Below the pieces are notes generated by a model. It had not been told where the DNA came from. It made no database searches and saw nothing but the letters and a program-made list of their open reading frames with translations. Position numbers and translations under genes: made by a program. This document shows positions 1 to 10,842 of a DNA stretch of 64,000 nt, in pieces. The DNA lies in assembly GCA_964016885.1 (NCBI GenBank), contig OZ024744.1, positions 53,630,001 to 53,694,000 on the forward strand, written 5' to 3'. Position 1 is the first letter of the stretch; the number at the start of each line of letters is the position of its first letter. This DNA comes from Eledone cirrhosa. Taxonomy: Eukaryota.

Positions 1-2017
1 GAAAATCTCTAAACATTTTTCAATCCAACTGTGTGGCAAACTATCGAATGCTTTTTTATAATCTATCCAAGCAATCGATAGATTTTTGTGTCTATTATGA
101 CAATCTTCCAGTATCATTTTGTTAACCAAAAGCTGATCCTTACAGCCATATGAGCCTCGTTTACACCCTTTCTGCTCAATGGGAAATAGGTCATTTGTTA
201 TCAGGTGGTCATATGTATATTCAGTTAGGACTGATGTTAACATTTTAAACATTGTGGTCAAGCAAGTTATCGGTCTGTAATTTTTGGGATTGTTTGCCTC
301 ATCATTCTTCGGAAGCAGGAATGTAATGCCGTTAACTAGCCATGATGGTATCTTTTCTGGCTCCGTAACTATTTCATTGTAAAGTTGGGCTAACAGCTCA
401 TGAGACTCTGTGAAGGCATTTATCCAAAAATGTTGTATTTTGTCTTTTCCTGTGGATTTCCATTTGCTGGTTTTTCTTAGAGCCAAACGCAACTGTTCAA
501 CTCTTATATATTCCCATATTTGTTCCTCAAGGTGAGCTGTGTCTTTCATGTGTCTGTCTATCCATGGGGCATGTATATTATGAACTTTTTCTATGGCCCA
601 GATCTTTTCCCAGAATTCTTGCACTTCCTCCTTGGGTGGTATTGATTTAGCAGTTATTGTTGACTTACCAATTTTTCTGTAGAAGTTTCTTTGGTTGTTT
701 TTGAACATATTATTGTCCTTATAGAATCTAGATCGTTTTCAAAGCGTCTTATACGTGCAGCTTTGGCCGACACTTTTTGCTTGATTATTTCTATCAGCAT
801 GTCTATGTCACTTGTTGATTTTATTCTGTACTTTCTTTTCAATTTTCTAAGTTTAGTTTGTTTAACATGTTCACCTACTTTATAGTTTGTTAAAAATTCT
901 ATGTCAGATCAGAGAAGGTTTATTTGGCGATTGATGTTCTCTTGCCAAGTAGATTTCTTGTGGGAATTCCTTTGTTTTTTCATTTTCACTCCACATAAGT
1001 GAGTGGTGACTTTAGCCGATGCATAATAGAGATGATTTAAATCAGTAATGTTTAGTTTGTTTGTGATGATAATGTTTTTGAGAATTATGTTAGTCTTGTG
1101 TATTATCTGTTGGTTCTGTTTGGAGTTCTGGATCTTAGGGAGGGTGTCTCGTTCCCCCATGTCAGATTCTTTCATTTTCATCCATTCGATCATAATTTCA
1201 TCCTTCAAGTTGGCAAGTTCATTCTCATTCATTTCTTTATCATTTACGATCTCATTGTTTTCATTTGGAGTTTCATCTTGAGCATGCACTCCCTCCACTT
1301 TTTCGATCCTTTCTTTAATTTGTTCTGTTGTCAGTGATTCCGCCCCAACCCTGGGATTCGAAGAGTTACAATTTACCTCGTTTTCACTGACACATGTTTC
1401 ATTTTCCCTTCGCTGACTTTGTGCTAATAGCTTGATCTGATCAATTTCTATATCAGTTAGTAACTTTTTTTTTTACAATATTTCTTCGTATATTGGCTAG
1501 TTTGTTACTGTCAATATAGCCTCGGTTTTCGGGATGTTTCTTTTTCCAATTGATATATGTCTGTTCTGTATTCGATGTATTTGATGGGTAGTACATGGCA
1601 GTGTAGAAAGCCTCAAGGACTTCTTTATTATCTTACCTTGACCATTTTTCTCTCTTTTTCTTTGGATTTCTTGGTGGTGAGCATGGAGGGCAAACAGTAG
1701 GAGTATTCCGGTTATGGGAGGTCTCCAGCTCCGAAGTGATGGGAAGGTTTGAACCATTAGCTGATTTTTCGACCCCAGTCTGGTTCATCTCTGAGGGACG
1801 TGGCCCTTTTTGACCCGGGTGACGGCCGATCCGGTATGAGATTTTATCATTAGACATTTACTTTATTTTGTCGCGTTTTATCCTTATCCGCCAAGGGGTA
1901 ATCATTTCGTGTTACCACTTCTAGGACGAGTGTCAACCAAGACTAGAGGGGTCGTCCTCCCCTACAGACACGGCTATTCCCCGCCGGCCACCATCCCGGT
2001 ATTTCTTGGTCACGGGG
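1..2017 (-). mobile_element. R4/Dong-type (RLE) non-LTR retrotransposon, 5' half, frameshifted; runs off the window start
   Basis: Minus-strand pieces 1633-1857, 909-1298 and 654-842 give an R4-like N-terminus. By manual translation 1-500 reads KNYRPITCLTTMFKMLTS...EQKGCKRGSYGCKDQLLVNKMILED (RT), homologous to ORF 3558-5195. Confidence 0.85.
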
Positions 2018-2984
2018 TTTTCTTTTTTGTTGTTTTTTTTAATTGTTATTATCATGAGTGGTTCCTTAATGTGAGCATTGCGTGGCTTAAGAATTAAATT
2101 ATTAATAATATAATATACTTTTTGCTGAAGTTGGTGGTGTTGGGGCTTTTTCTATTGTTGGTGGGGAAGGGGGGAGCCATCAGTGTCATAGTCGCTGACG
2201 TTTGGCCGGTGGCCGGGTCACTAAGTCAATCTATTTATATCTTTTGCTAGCCTCTCCCTTGTCTAGTGATACCGCCACCTTCCCCTTTCTTAAGTTAACA
2301 GAAAGTAATGGGGGAATAGTGGTAGTAGCATGAAGGAGTGGTGACGGCGGTGATGGGATAGTGGTAGCAATGATGGATGGAGTGGTGGCGGCGGTGACTA
2401 TAGAGATGGGGATGTCGTTACTGAGTTTTGTTGAATAGACTGTAGTTTGTTTGATCTGTGTATCTATGCGTTTGTCGCGTATGTTTAATATATGTGTTGA
2501 CACATTTCATTAATATTGAATTAAACATTTTGTGAAAACTTGAGACAATAATAATAGTAATTATTATTAGTATGCTGGGATTGGTGGTGGTGGTGGTTAA
2601 ATTGCCGTTATCTGGCTGTTGTATTTAGTATACACAGAAGGGTGATGGGATAGGTGGTGTATCTAGTTTGTGGTGTTGGTGAAATTGCTGTTATTTGGCT
2701 GTTCTATATAGTGTAGACAGAGGGGGTTTTCTTCCATTTATAACCATTTTCTTTTTTGAATATAAAATGTATAATACAAAATTAAATATTTGAGCGATAT
2801 AACAGGATATTATGGATCCGAATTTTCTGAGAGTTGAGTCTGGTGCTTTATGTATCATTTGTACTAAGAATTGTTATTTCACAATTGATTTAAATATGTT
2901 AAAAATCAAAACCTTACGGGAGCGATTTCATAACCTTCTATCCACCAGGTGCGTCTTCTTCCCTTATTCTTCTTCTTCTTATTA

Positions 2985-3010
2985 TTATTACTATTATTAT
3001 TATTATTATT
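2985..3010. repeat. Left copy of the ~26-bp target-site duplication in (TTA)n
   Basis: Matches 5229-5254, including the single CTA interruption. Confidence 0.8.
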
Positions 3011-3084
3011 CCTTGAATCTCAGTCATTGATGTTAGTTAACTGGAACGTCCGTTGGAATGAATATCAAGCCACTACCTGCAGCC

Positions 3085-3390
3085 TCAGATATTCAGGACG
3101 TATCGGAGGGTTCTTGCTGTTCCCAGCAAGCATGCCTTTTGAAGTGTTCCAAAAAGCGTGAAGGGGCTGATTTTCTTTAACCATCCCTGGAAACTTTTGG
3201 AGATAGTCCCCAGTGCGCCTATGACAATCGGGTTCACTTTGACTTCATGGCAGTTCCAAATCCTTTTTACCTCCCACTTTAAGTCCTGGTATCGGTTAAT
3301 TTTCTCCCTCTCCTTCTCTTGCACTCTCGTGTCGAATGGGCAGGCCACATCCACAATCAGACACGATCTTTTTTCTTTGTCCACAACCAC
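3085..3390 (-). CDS. Restriction-like endonuclease C-terminus of the same R4/Dong element
   Basis: (RPDL)VVVDKEKRSCLIVDVACP...EKINRYQDL...PIVIGALGTI is a PD-(D/E)xK RLE pattern. Confidence 0.9.
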   Translation of the reverse strand: MVVDKEKRSCLIVDVACPFDTRVQEKEREKINRYQDLKWEVKRIWNCHEVKVNPIVIGALGTISKSFQGWLKKISPFTLFGTLQKACLLGTARTLRYVLNI

Positions 3391-3557
3391 CAGGTCAGGT
3401 CTATTGTGTTCCAGTTTCTTGTCCGTCTATATCCTAAAATGCCACAGCACCTTCACCTGATCGTTTTCCATCACCGCCTCTGGCCTATGCTCATACCATT
3501 TCTCAGACTGTGGTAAATTGTTTACTTTGCACAGGTGCCAGTGGATCACCCTGCCCA

Positions 3558-5195
3558 TCACATCATGTCCCCCTTATAGTGGGTCTGGGCTAGGTGTTTA
3601 CACTCGGATACAATGTGATCCACAGTCTCCTCTCGCTCTCCACAGATCCTGCACAGTGGGCTAGCCTTCTCCTTGTAAATATGGTGTTTCAACCACTTCG
3701 TTTTGAGGGCCTGCTCCTGCACAGCCATTAACATTCCTTGTGTAGCCTTTTTAAGGTCTCCTCTTCTCAACCAGTTCCATGTCTGTGGATCTCTAAATAC
3801 AGTTTTCTCAAAGAAGGTACTATGAAGGGATTTTTCCTGAAGGCTGCTCTTTCTCCTTGATGTTATTTCCTCCTTTGACATCCCCTGGCCTATTGTCCCC
3901 TCCTTTAGTACAGTTCTGAGCATTGGCTCCTTACTATCAGTCACGTATTTGTGTAGGTTGTTTTTCTCCATCTGAACACAGTCCTCTATGCTGATAAGAC
4001 CTCTTCCACCCTCAGATCCCCTTAGGTAGAGTCTATCGACATCACTCCTCTTGTGGAACATGTTGTAGATAGTCAATAGCTTCCTAGTCTTCCTATCCAT
4101 TTCTTTTTGTTCAGCAACATTCCATCTCAGAATTCCCGCACTGTACCTAATAATAGACACAGCTCGGGAATTTACTGCGCTTATGGCATTTCTGCTGTTC
4201 AGATGTGACTTCAATACGCTCCTTACTTTCCGAATGTATTCAGTTCTTAACAATTCCTTCATTTTTTTGTTCTTTATGCCATCTGCCTCCAGAACGCCCA
4301 AATACTTGTATCCTTCCTCAGAGTCAATTTCCTTTATCATCTCACCTGTTGGTACCTGGATTCCGTTACTTCTGCTCAACTTACCCCTCTTCATCACAAT
4401 GACTCCACACATACTAATACCAAATTGCATACATATATCATTGCTGAAAATACGGACAGTGTCAACAAGCACATCCAACTCCTTCTCACTCTTCCCGAAG
4501 AGCTTAAGATCGTCCATGAAGAGGAGGTGATTGATGGTAAGCCCTCCCTTTCCCAACCTGTATCCTGCTCTCACTTTTCGCAGTACACTGGTCAAGGGCA
4601 TCAGGGCAAGGAGAAACAACAGAGGGGACAGGCTATCTCCCTGGAAGATACCTGTCTTGATCTTCACGCTTCCCAAGGATTCTCCAGTTGATGTCAACTC
4701 TGTTTCCCAGGACCTCATACTCTTGTCCAACAACTCTCTGATGTTATCTGCCACCTTGAAGATCTCCAGGCTTTTGGTGATCCAAGAATGAGGCACCATG
4801 TCAAATGGCTTTCTGTAGTCTATCCATCCCATGGCAAGATCAGTGTGTCTCCTCCTGCAATTCCCCATTACCATCTTATTAATAAGCAACTGGTCCTTTG
4901 TACCACGTGACTTCTTTCGGTATCTTTTCTGTTCGTCCGGTAACAAGTTGTTTGTGTGGAGGTGATGGTAGATTTCCTCAGACACAATGCTTGTCAACAG
5001 TTTCCACATTACGGACAGACATGTGATAGGTCTATAGTTGGTAACATCATTACCCTTGATTCGGTCTTTCATTATCAGAACTGTGGTACCTTTTGTCAAC
5101 CACTCTGGTACCTCACCTGACATAAAGCAGTCATTGAACATGGTTGTAAGTTTCGGGTGGAGGGATGTTATATTTTTAATCCAATACCCCTGCAC
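3558..5195 (-). CDS. R4/Dong reverse transcriptase plus zinc knuckle (545 aa fragment, frameshifted before the RLE)
   Basis: Motifs NYRPITCL, GIFQGDSLSPLLF, HLLFMDDLKL, YKYLG and CRICGEREETVDHIVSEC. Confidence 0.92.
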   Translation of the reverse strand: MQGYWIKNITSLHPKLTTMFNDCFMSGEVPEWLTKGTTVLIMKDRIKGNDVTNYRPITCLSVMWKLLTSIVSEEIYHHLHTNNLLPDEQKRYRKKSRGTKDQLLINKMVMGNCRRRHTDLAMGWIDYRKPFDMVPHSWITKSLEIFKVADNIRELLDKSMRSWETELTSTGESLGSVKIKTGIFQGDSLSPLLFLLALMPLTSVLRKVRAGYRLGKGGLTINHLLFMDDLKLFGKSEKELDVLVDTVRIFSNDICMQFGISMCGVIVMKRGKLSRSNGIQVPTGEMIKEIDSEEGYKYLGVLEADGIKNKKMKELLRTEYIRKVRSVLKSHLNSRNAISAVNSRAVSIIRYSAGILRWNVAEQKEMDRKTRKLLTIYNMFHKRSDVDRLYLRGSEGGRGLISIEDCVQMEKNNLHKYVTDSKEPMLRTVLKEGTIGQGMSKEEITSRRKSSLQEKSLHSTFFEKTVFRDPQTWNWLRRGDLKKATQGMLMAVQEQALKTKWLKHHIYKEKASPLCRICGEREETVDHIVSECKHLAQTHYKGDMM

Positions 5196-5228
5196 ACCAT
5201 CTGGGCCTGGTGATTTTCAGTTGGCTAG

Positions 5229-5263
5229 TTATTACTATTATTATTATTATTATTATTATTATT
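5229..5263. repeat. (TTA)n tract: right TSD copy of the Dong element and 5' flank of Tx1 element A
   Basis: Direct reading. Confidence 0.85.
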
Positions 5264-5481
5264 GAATGCTATGGTTGACGGAGGCTCGGCCCTGTAAGGT
5301 ACTGTAAATTTTGAACGCTTTAACAATTGTAAATTGTTTAAAACTTAGACCAACTTGTAGACAAAAACACCATCCTCCTCGTGAGAGGGGTCTTTCTGCC
5401 CGTTATTTAGCCCTTCGGGGTTAAATAACTGCTTATTGGGGGTTTGTACCCAATATTTATTTTAAACAAAAAAAAAACAAC

Positions 5482-6541
5482 ATGGCTACGAAAAAGAATT
5501 TGCATAGGTCACTCCCACTCATTCCGTCTTCTTCTTCCTCAATCGTCACTACAGCAGAGAGAAGATTGTCTCTCTCCCTCCCTTCTTTAAATGTGTCTCT
5601 CTCCCTCCCTTCTCTTTCGCAAGTGACGAAAGAAAAGAAAAGTCTCGTGCAAAGCATGCAAGGTTTCTCCACGAAGACGACGACAGCGACGAAACAGGTG
5701 TGCGGAAAATACGAAAACCCAGTTCATTCGTCTGACGTCAGGACAGCGGAAAACGCACATCACCCGAGGCAAAAAATATGCCACCGTAGACGTACTTTTT
5801 GCCACACCCCAGGAAGCAAAGGCCCAATCCGTAGTGACCCTAAGGAGCGAGGAAATGGTGTTGGTGCCCTCCTACTGCGGGCAAAATATTATGAGGGTCA
5901 AACTGACCCACGCCCCCCCCCCCCCACCCCACCCCACCCCCACCCCCGGAATGGCCCCTTCTTGGCTGGCCGCGTCTGTCCTCGTCGGAATCGAGGACAA
6001 AACAACTGTACTGCAAGTACAGAAAAAAGTAAGAGAAGATTGGGTCGGCACCTCCATTGAGATGCTAATCCAAACCAACCAGGAGTGCATCGAAGCTATC
6101 CCGGATGTGATAGACTTCGATAACGGCACTCAACTGCCCATAAGTGTTGAGGGCAAACGCCCGAAATGCTTTCGCTGTGGATCGAAGACTCACCTCAGGG
6201 CCTTCTGCAACGAGAAGACCCTGAGAAAGGAGAAAATCCCCCTCCTTCCGAATCCGGCTCCACGGCTACCAGCAACAGGACAAGCGGCCACCAGGAACGA
6301 TAGGTCTGTGGCACCCATACCCACGCCACGGAAATCAAAAACAGCAGCAGCAGTGGAAATATTAACAACAACAACAGCAATACCAAATGCAAGTGCAACA
6401 GAGACTCCAGTGCAAACATCACCAACAACAACAAGTGAAAGAGTGGAGCTGGTACCCCTTCCCGACCTCACAGAATCAGACATGGAGTGTGAGGTGGGAG
6501 AGGGATGGCAAAAGGTCGTAAGAAGGCACAAACGCCTTTGA
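5482..6541 (+). pseudogene. Tx1-A ORF1, N-terminal part (putative RRM-like region plus zinc knuckle), frameshifted
   Basis: ORF 5834-6541 has VEGKRPKCFRCGSKTHLRAFC and aligns with ORF 11601-12386 (LVPSYCGQ; IPDVID/IPEVID). Confidence 0.8.
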
Positions 6542-7128
6542 AAAGGGAGGAAAGAAATGAGAAAAGGGTAAAGTCTACTGCAAAGAGACCCACAGCAGCA
6601 ACACCACCAACACCATCACCACCCACACTAGCACCACCATCACCACCGGCGACAACCCCACCGCCAACAACACCTTCAACACCACCACCACAAGCACCAA
6701 CATCGCAAACACAACAACAAAACACACACACCCAGCAACAACGACAAGAAAATAGCAGAACCACACCCCACCACCAGAAAAACAAATGCACGGCAATAAA
6801 TACACACAACAAGAAACTAATGACTTACATAATTGAACACACAGACATTTCACAACAGGACTACATAATACCAGCACCAATCAAAACGCCAACTAACTTA
6901 AGACTGCTAAAAATAGCACAGAAACAATACACAAACATTAAAACGAAATTCCCCAACGCAGTTGGTGATTTCAGGGACCTAGGAGGAACCATCAATCGAA
7001 GAGTATATTCAGACATTCTCTTAGAAGAGCCGACGACCAGCCGAAGGGACGATTCAACGGTCCCTTCACGAGACGATCAAGTGAAAAGGGATGTAAAAAC
7101 CATCCCTCCTCTACCAAAAGTACGGTAA
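6505..7128 (+). CDS. Tx1-A ORF1 C-terminal module (Pro/Thr-rich linker plus conserved ~60-aa domain)
   Basis: KLMTYIIEHTDISQQDY...QYTNIKTKFPNAVG resembles QLLHYIQHNTRITEKDY (12649) and TYQELKEQFSQDVG (22081-22383). Confidence 0.65.
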   Translation: MAKGRKKAQTPLKREERNEKRVKSTAKRPTAATPPTPSPPTLAPPSPPATTPPPTTPSTPPPQAPTSQTQQQNTHTQQQRQENSRTTPHHQKNKCTAINTHNKKLMTYIIEHTDISQQDYIIPAPIKTPTNLRLLKIAQKQYTNIKTKFPNAVGDFRDLGGTINRRVYSDILLEEPTTSRRDDSTVPSRDDQVKRDVKTIPPLPKVR

Positions 7129-7163
7129 GTGGTCTTTCCCATCTTTTCCACTCTATTTTAAAC

Positions 7164-10100
7164 ATGACCTCACTCAGAATAGGCAGCATAAATGCGCGTG
7201 GCTTGGGGTCGTCATGGAAGCAGGGTCACCTGCTCAACGACCTCAGGTCACTAAACATAGATGTAGTGGCCATCAGCGAGACCAGAATCTCCGAAGCACG
7301 GGCCTTCGCACCGATCTTCGGCGGCTACGATGTGTACGCATCTCCCAGCCGTCCTGGATCGGGTGGAGGAGTTGCTGTGCTTTTTCGGAGAGGTTTGGAT
7401 CTCGCCATACGGGCCATCTTCCTGGACCCAGAGGGTAAGCTGGTGGTGCTGGACGTGACCAGCGGAGACGGGCAAGCTTTCAGGCTAGTGGCCGTCTATG
7501 CCCCGACAGGAGCAGGGCGGCCTGATTTCTTCCGGCGTCTGGAGACCTTTCTTGGAACGTCCCGCTCTTTAGTGTTAGTGGGCGACTGGAACGGGATCTT
7601 AGATGCACGCTGGGACTGTGTGGGATTAGCGGATAGGGGTGGAGGGTGCAAGAGCCTCACCAACCTGCTCAGGCGTTTTGAACTGTCTGACAGGTACCGA
7701 TTGGATTTCCAGAATGTGCCAATGTGGACTTGGACAAACTGTATAGGGTCATCCAGATCATATCTAGATAGAGTATTTTGTAGGGAAATAGATAGGTCTA
7801 GCATAGGCTGTCCACAATTCAAGATAGTCAGCTACACGGACCACAAATTCGTGATCTGTGTGCTTGACTTAGATAGGCTTCATAGACGAGGACCCGGCTA
7901 CTGGAAGCTAAACGCGTCCTTACCAGCGCACAAGGCCTACAGAGACCGGATTAGCGAACTAGTTAAGCGGGCGTTGACGGGGGCCATCGTCAACAAGTGG
8001 TGGTTTGCTCTGAAAAGAGCGATTAGAATAGAATCGATGAGGTTTAGTAAGGCTTTAGCAATAGAGAAAAATAGAGCAGAGGGAGAACTAGTTAGAAAAT
8101 TAGACGAGGCGCTTAGCAAAGGCATTGCGACCGACGTGCTTGCGGCGAAATTGGCCCTTGACCAATTCTTCAATGCAAAGCACGAAGGCTGCGTTGTCAA
8201 AGCAAGGGTGCGTGCTCTCAGACACGAGGGGACGAAAGCCATTCAATGGGCCCGAGTGGCGGAGGCGCGAGTGGCGGTGGACAACGACGGGCGCATGCTA
8301 CTCGATCCCGGGCAATTGTGTGAAGCTTTTCAGCGACACTTCGCTCAGCTGTTCGGGGGCAGCGGTGGGCCGTGTAGAGGGATGGACTTTAGTGTCTACT
8401 TCGACGGACTGCCGCGGCTCTCGGCCACTGAGACGAAGTGTTGCGAAAAGCCGATAACAGCCGCTGAAGTAAGGGAGGCAATGACTGGCTGCACAAGGGG
8501 TAAATCGCCTGGTTTGGATGGTCTGCCCTATGAACTTTACGTACAGATGCCAGACTTGTTCGGAGGCCTCTTGGCGGACGTCTACTGCAACTGGCAACAG
8601 AACGGGAGAATTCCCAGTTCTGTGAGCCGAGGAGCGGTGGCACTGCTGAGAAAGGATCCGAACAAGGGGGATAACATAGATAATTTCAGGCCCATAACTC
8701 TGCTAAACACAGAGTTCAAGATTTTGGCCAAGGTGCTAGCAAAGAGGTTGGCGCTTGTAGTTGGTGGTCTGGTGGGAGAGGCGCAGACATGCGCCATTCC
8801 CGACAGATCCATCCACAACAACCTCCACCTCATGCGATACATCATAGAGAGGGTAGCTAAGGAACCTGGCACGGGTGGGTCCTTGATCAATTTAGATCAG
8901 TCGAAAGCTTTCGATAGGGTCGACCATCGTTACCTAGCGGCAGTCCTGAGGGCGGCTGGCTTTCGGCCCGTCTTCAGAGGCTGGATCGCTGCCATGCACA
9001 GCGACATCTGCTCTGTGGTGAGAGTGAACGGTCACCTGTCGGAACCGTTCAACATCATGCGCTCGGTCCGCCAAGGATGTCCCCTCTCGTCCCTCTTGTA
9101 CGTATTGACTCTCGAGCCATTACTGCACAAACTGGAGACGTTGAGGGGAGTCCCGCGCGAACTAGGATGCGGAAGATCCGTGTCAGCATATGCGGACGAT
9201 GTCACCGTAGTGGTGTCGAAGGCCAAACACATCGAGGCGATCGGCACTTCACTAAGAGAATACGAAGCGGTGACAGGAGCAATGATCAACCAGGAAAAGT
9301 CAGTGAGCCTGCAGCTCGGCACCTGGAGAGGCAGGTCCATGCCGTCCAACAGCGTCGTCGGACGCTGGACGGACGGACCGGTTAAATTGCTAGGGTTCTG
9401 GTTCGGTCCGGACCTCCAGACGGACAAAAACTGGGACGAGGTGACGAGCAGGGTGGCTTCTCTCACCCAGAAATGGGCGGAGAGGAAGCTATCCCTGAAA
9501 GGTCGAGCGGAGGTGGCTAACGCGTACATCGCGTCTGTCATCTGCTACCGCCTGACCGTCGTACCTTGTCCTAAGCCTCGCCTGACTGCGCTGGAGCGTT
9601 TGCTCTTTCGCTTTTTGTGGAAGGGACGTGCTCCGATGGTCAGGCGGTCCATCTGTTGTCAACACCCGCTACGTGGAGGGCTGGGCATGCTGTGGCTGAT
9701 GATGCGCAGGCACGCGCTCAGGCTACGACATCTCCACCTCTTCCTCGACGGTGATCAGGTGTGGTCGCCGTTTGCTAGACACGTATTTCCCCAGCTCGTT
9801 TCCTTGACGGAGCTGCAGTCCTGGGTCAAGCGAAGACCGAGAGGGAGCGCCTGGAGACTGGAATGTCTTCAGGCGCTCACAGCCCTCGACCAATCGGGCA
9901 ATGTGATCGGTGGAAACTCCACCTCGGCGTTCTATAGAGGATTAGTGGAGGGGAAGAGCGACGACGTACTTGGGGAAACTCTAGGCGTCGACGAAAATCA
10001 ACTAGCCAATCTCTTCGGAAGAACTTTCGGGCCGGGGCCTATGGACAACTTCTAGAAATCTCTGGCCTGGCAGTGCTACCGAGGAGCCTTGCCAGTTCGG

Positions 10101-10555
10101 GATAAACTCTACAGGCATGGAGGTGCCGTCAGCCGGGCATGTCCGAGATGCGCGCAGGGCGACGAAACCGTCCTGCACGCACTCGTCCAGTGTCCGAAAA
10201 TTGCTGACTTGTGGGTTTATGTCGAACACCTGCTGTCGCGTTTAGGGCGGATCCGGCTATCATCTGAATCCATCGTGAGGATTGCCCCGCCCTCCTCCTT
10301 TAGCGGGGAAGGGCAGGCAGTTTTTATCTGTCTGGTGGCCATGGCGAAAGAGATAGTATGGTGGACACGTTTGAAAGGGCTGAAGACGAGCACTTACCTC
10401 TTCGGTGATGCTCTGATTGACTTTTAAAATTTCATTTGAAAAGGAAAATCAGAGTAGAGAGGGAAGTGCTCTCTTCCCAGCATTTTGTTGAAAGATGGGT
10501 GAGAGAAGCAAGAATGGCCCGAGTGAATGGGCCTACTCTGAGTATATATCTGTAA
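7164..10555 (+). pseudogene. Tx1-A ORF2: APE endonuclease, reverse transcriptase and CCHC domain. Open for 963 aa, then a TAG at 10053 and a frameshift near 10425
   Basis: SINARGL, VAISET, GDWN, SYLDR, YTDH (APE); FRPITLLN, LDQSKAFDRV, RQGCPLS, YADD (RT); CPRCAQGDETVLHALVQC. Confidence 0.95.
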
Positions 10556-10798
10556 ATTAAAGGTGGAAAACTGGGAGAGGGCACTTGCCTTGGTGGTCAG
10601 GGTGGCTTTTTACTGGGCTTTCTCCACAAATGTCCCTCCGAAGTCTCCCCCCTATTGGGGAATTTTTCATTGTTATTTTTTGTTACATCCTCTGTTTTTT
10701 GTTTTTTACACGCAGAAATGCCCATTTGTACCGTCCTGCATTGTCCTGCACTGTCCTTAATGTCTACTTTATGTAAACCCTTGTGGTTAATAAAGAAA

Positions 10799-10800
<2 letters not shown>

Positions 10801-10842
<42 letters not shown>
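10801..10842. repeat. (ATT)n between Tx1 copies A and B
   Basis: Direct reading. Confidence 0.95.

Larger units (their letters stand above)
3011..5228 (-). mobile_element. 5'-truncated R4/Dong LINE inserted in a (TAA)n tract
   Basis: RT, CCHC knuckle and restriction-like endonuclease are present. Both ends abut the same ttattactattattattattattatt sequence. Confidence 0.93.
5264..10800 (+). mobile_element. Near full-length Tx1-clade (L1 superfamily) LINE, copy A
   Basis: ORF1 with CCHC knuckle, APE-RT-CCHC ORF2, and a 3' UTR ending cccttgtggttaataaagaaatc. (ATT)n lies on both sides. Confidence 0.93.

Noticed and set aside
10700-10715. Candidate splice acceptor that would pair with the 7125 donor to remove ORF2
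   Set aside because: The AG is not conserved in the 3' UTRs of copies B and C.
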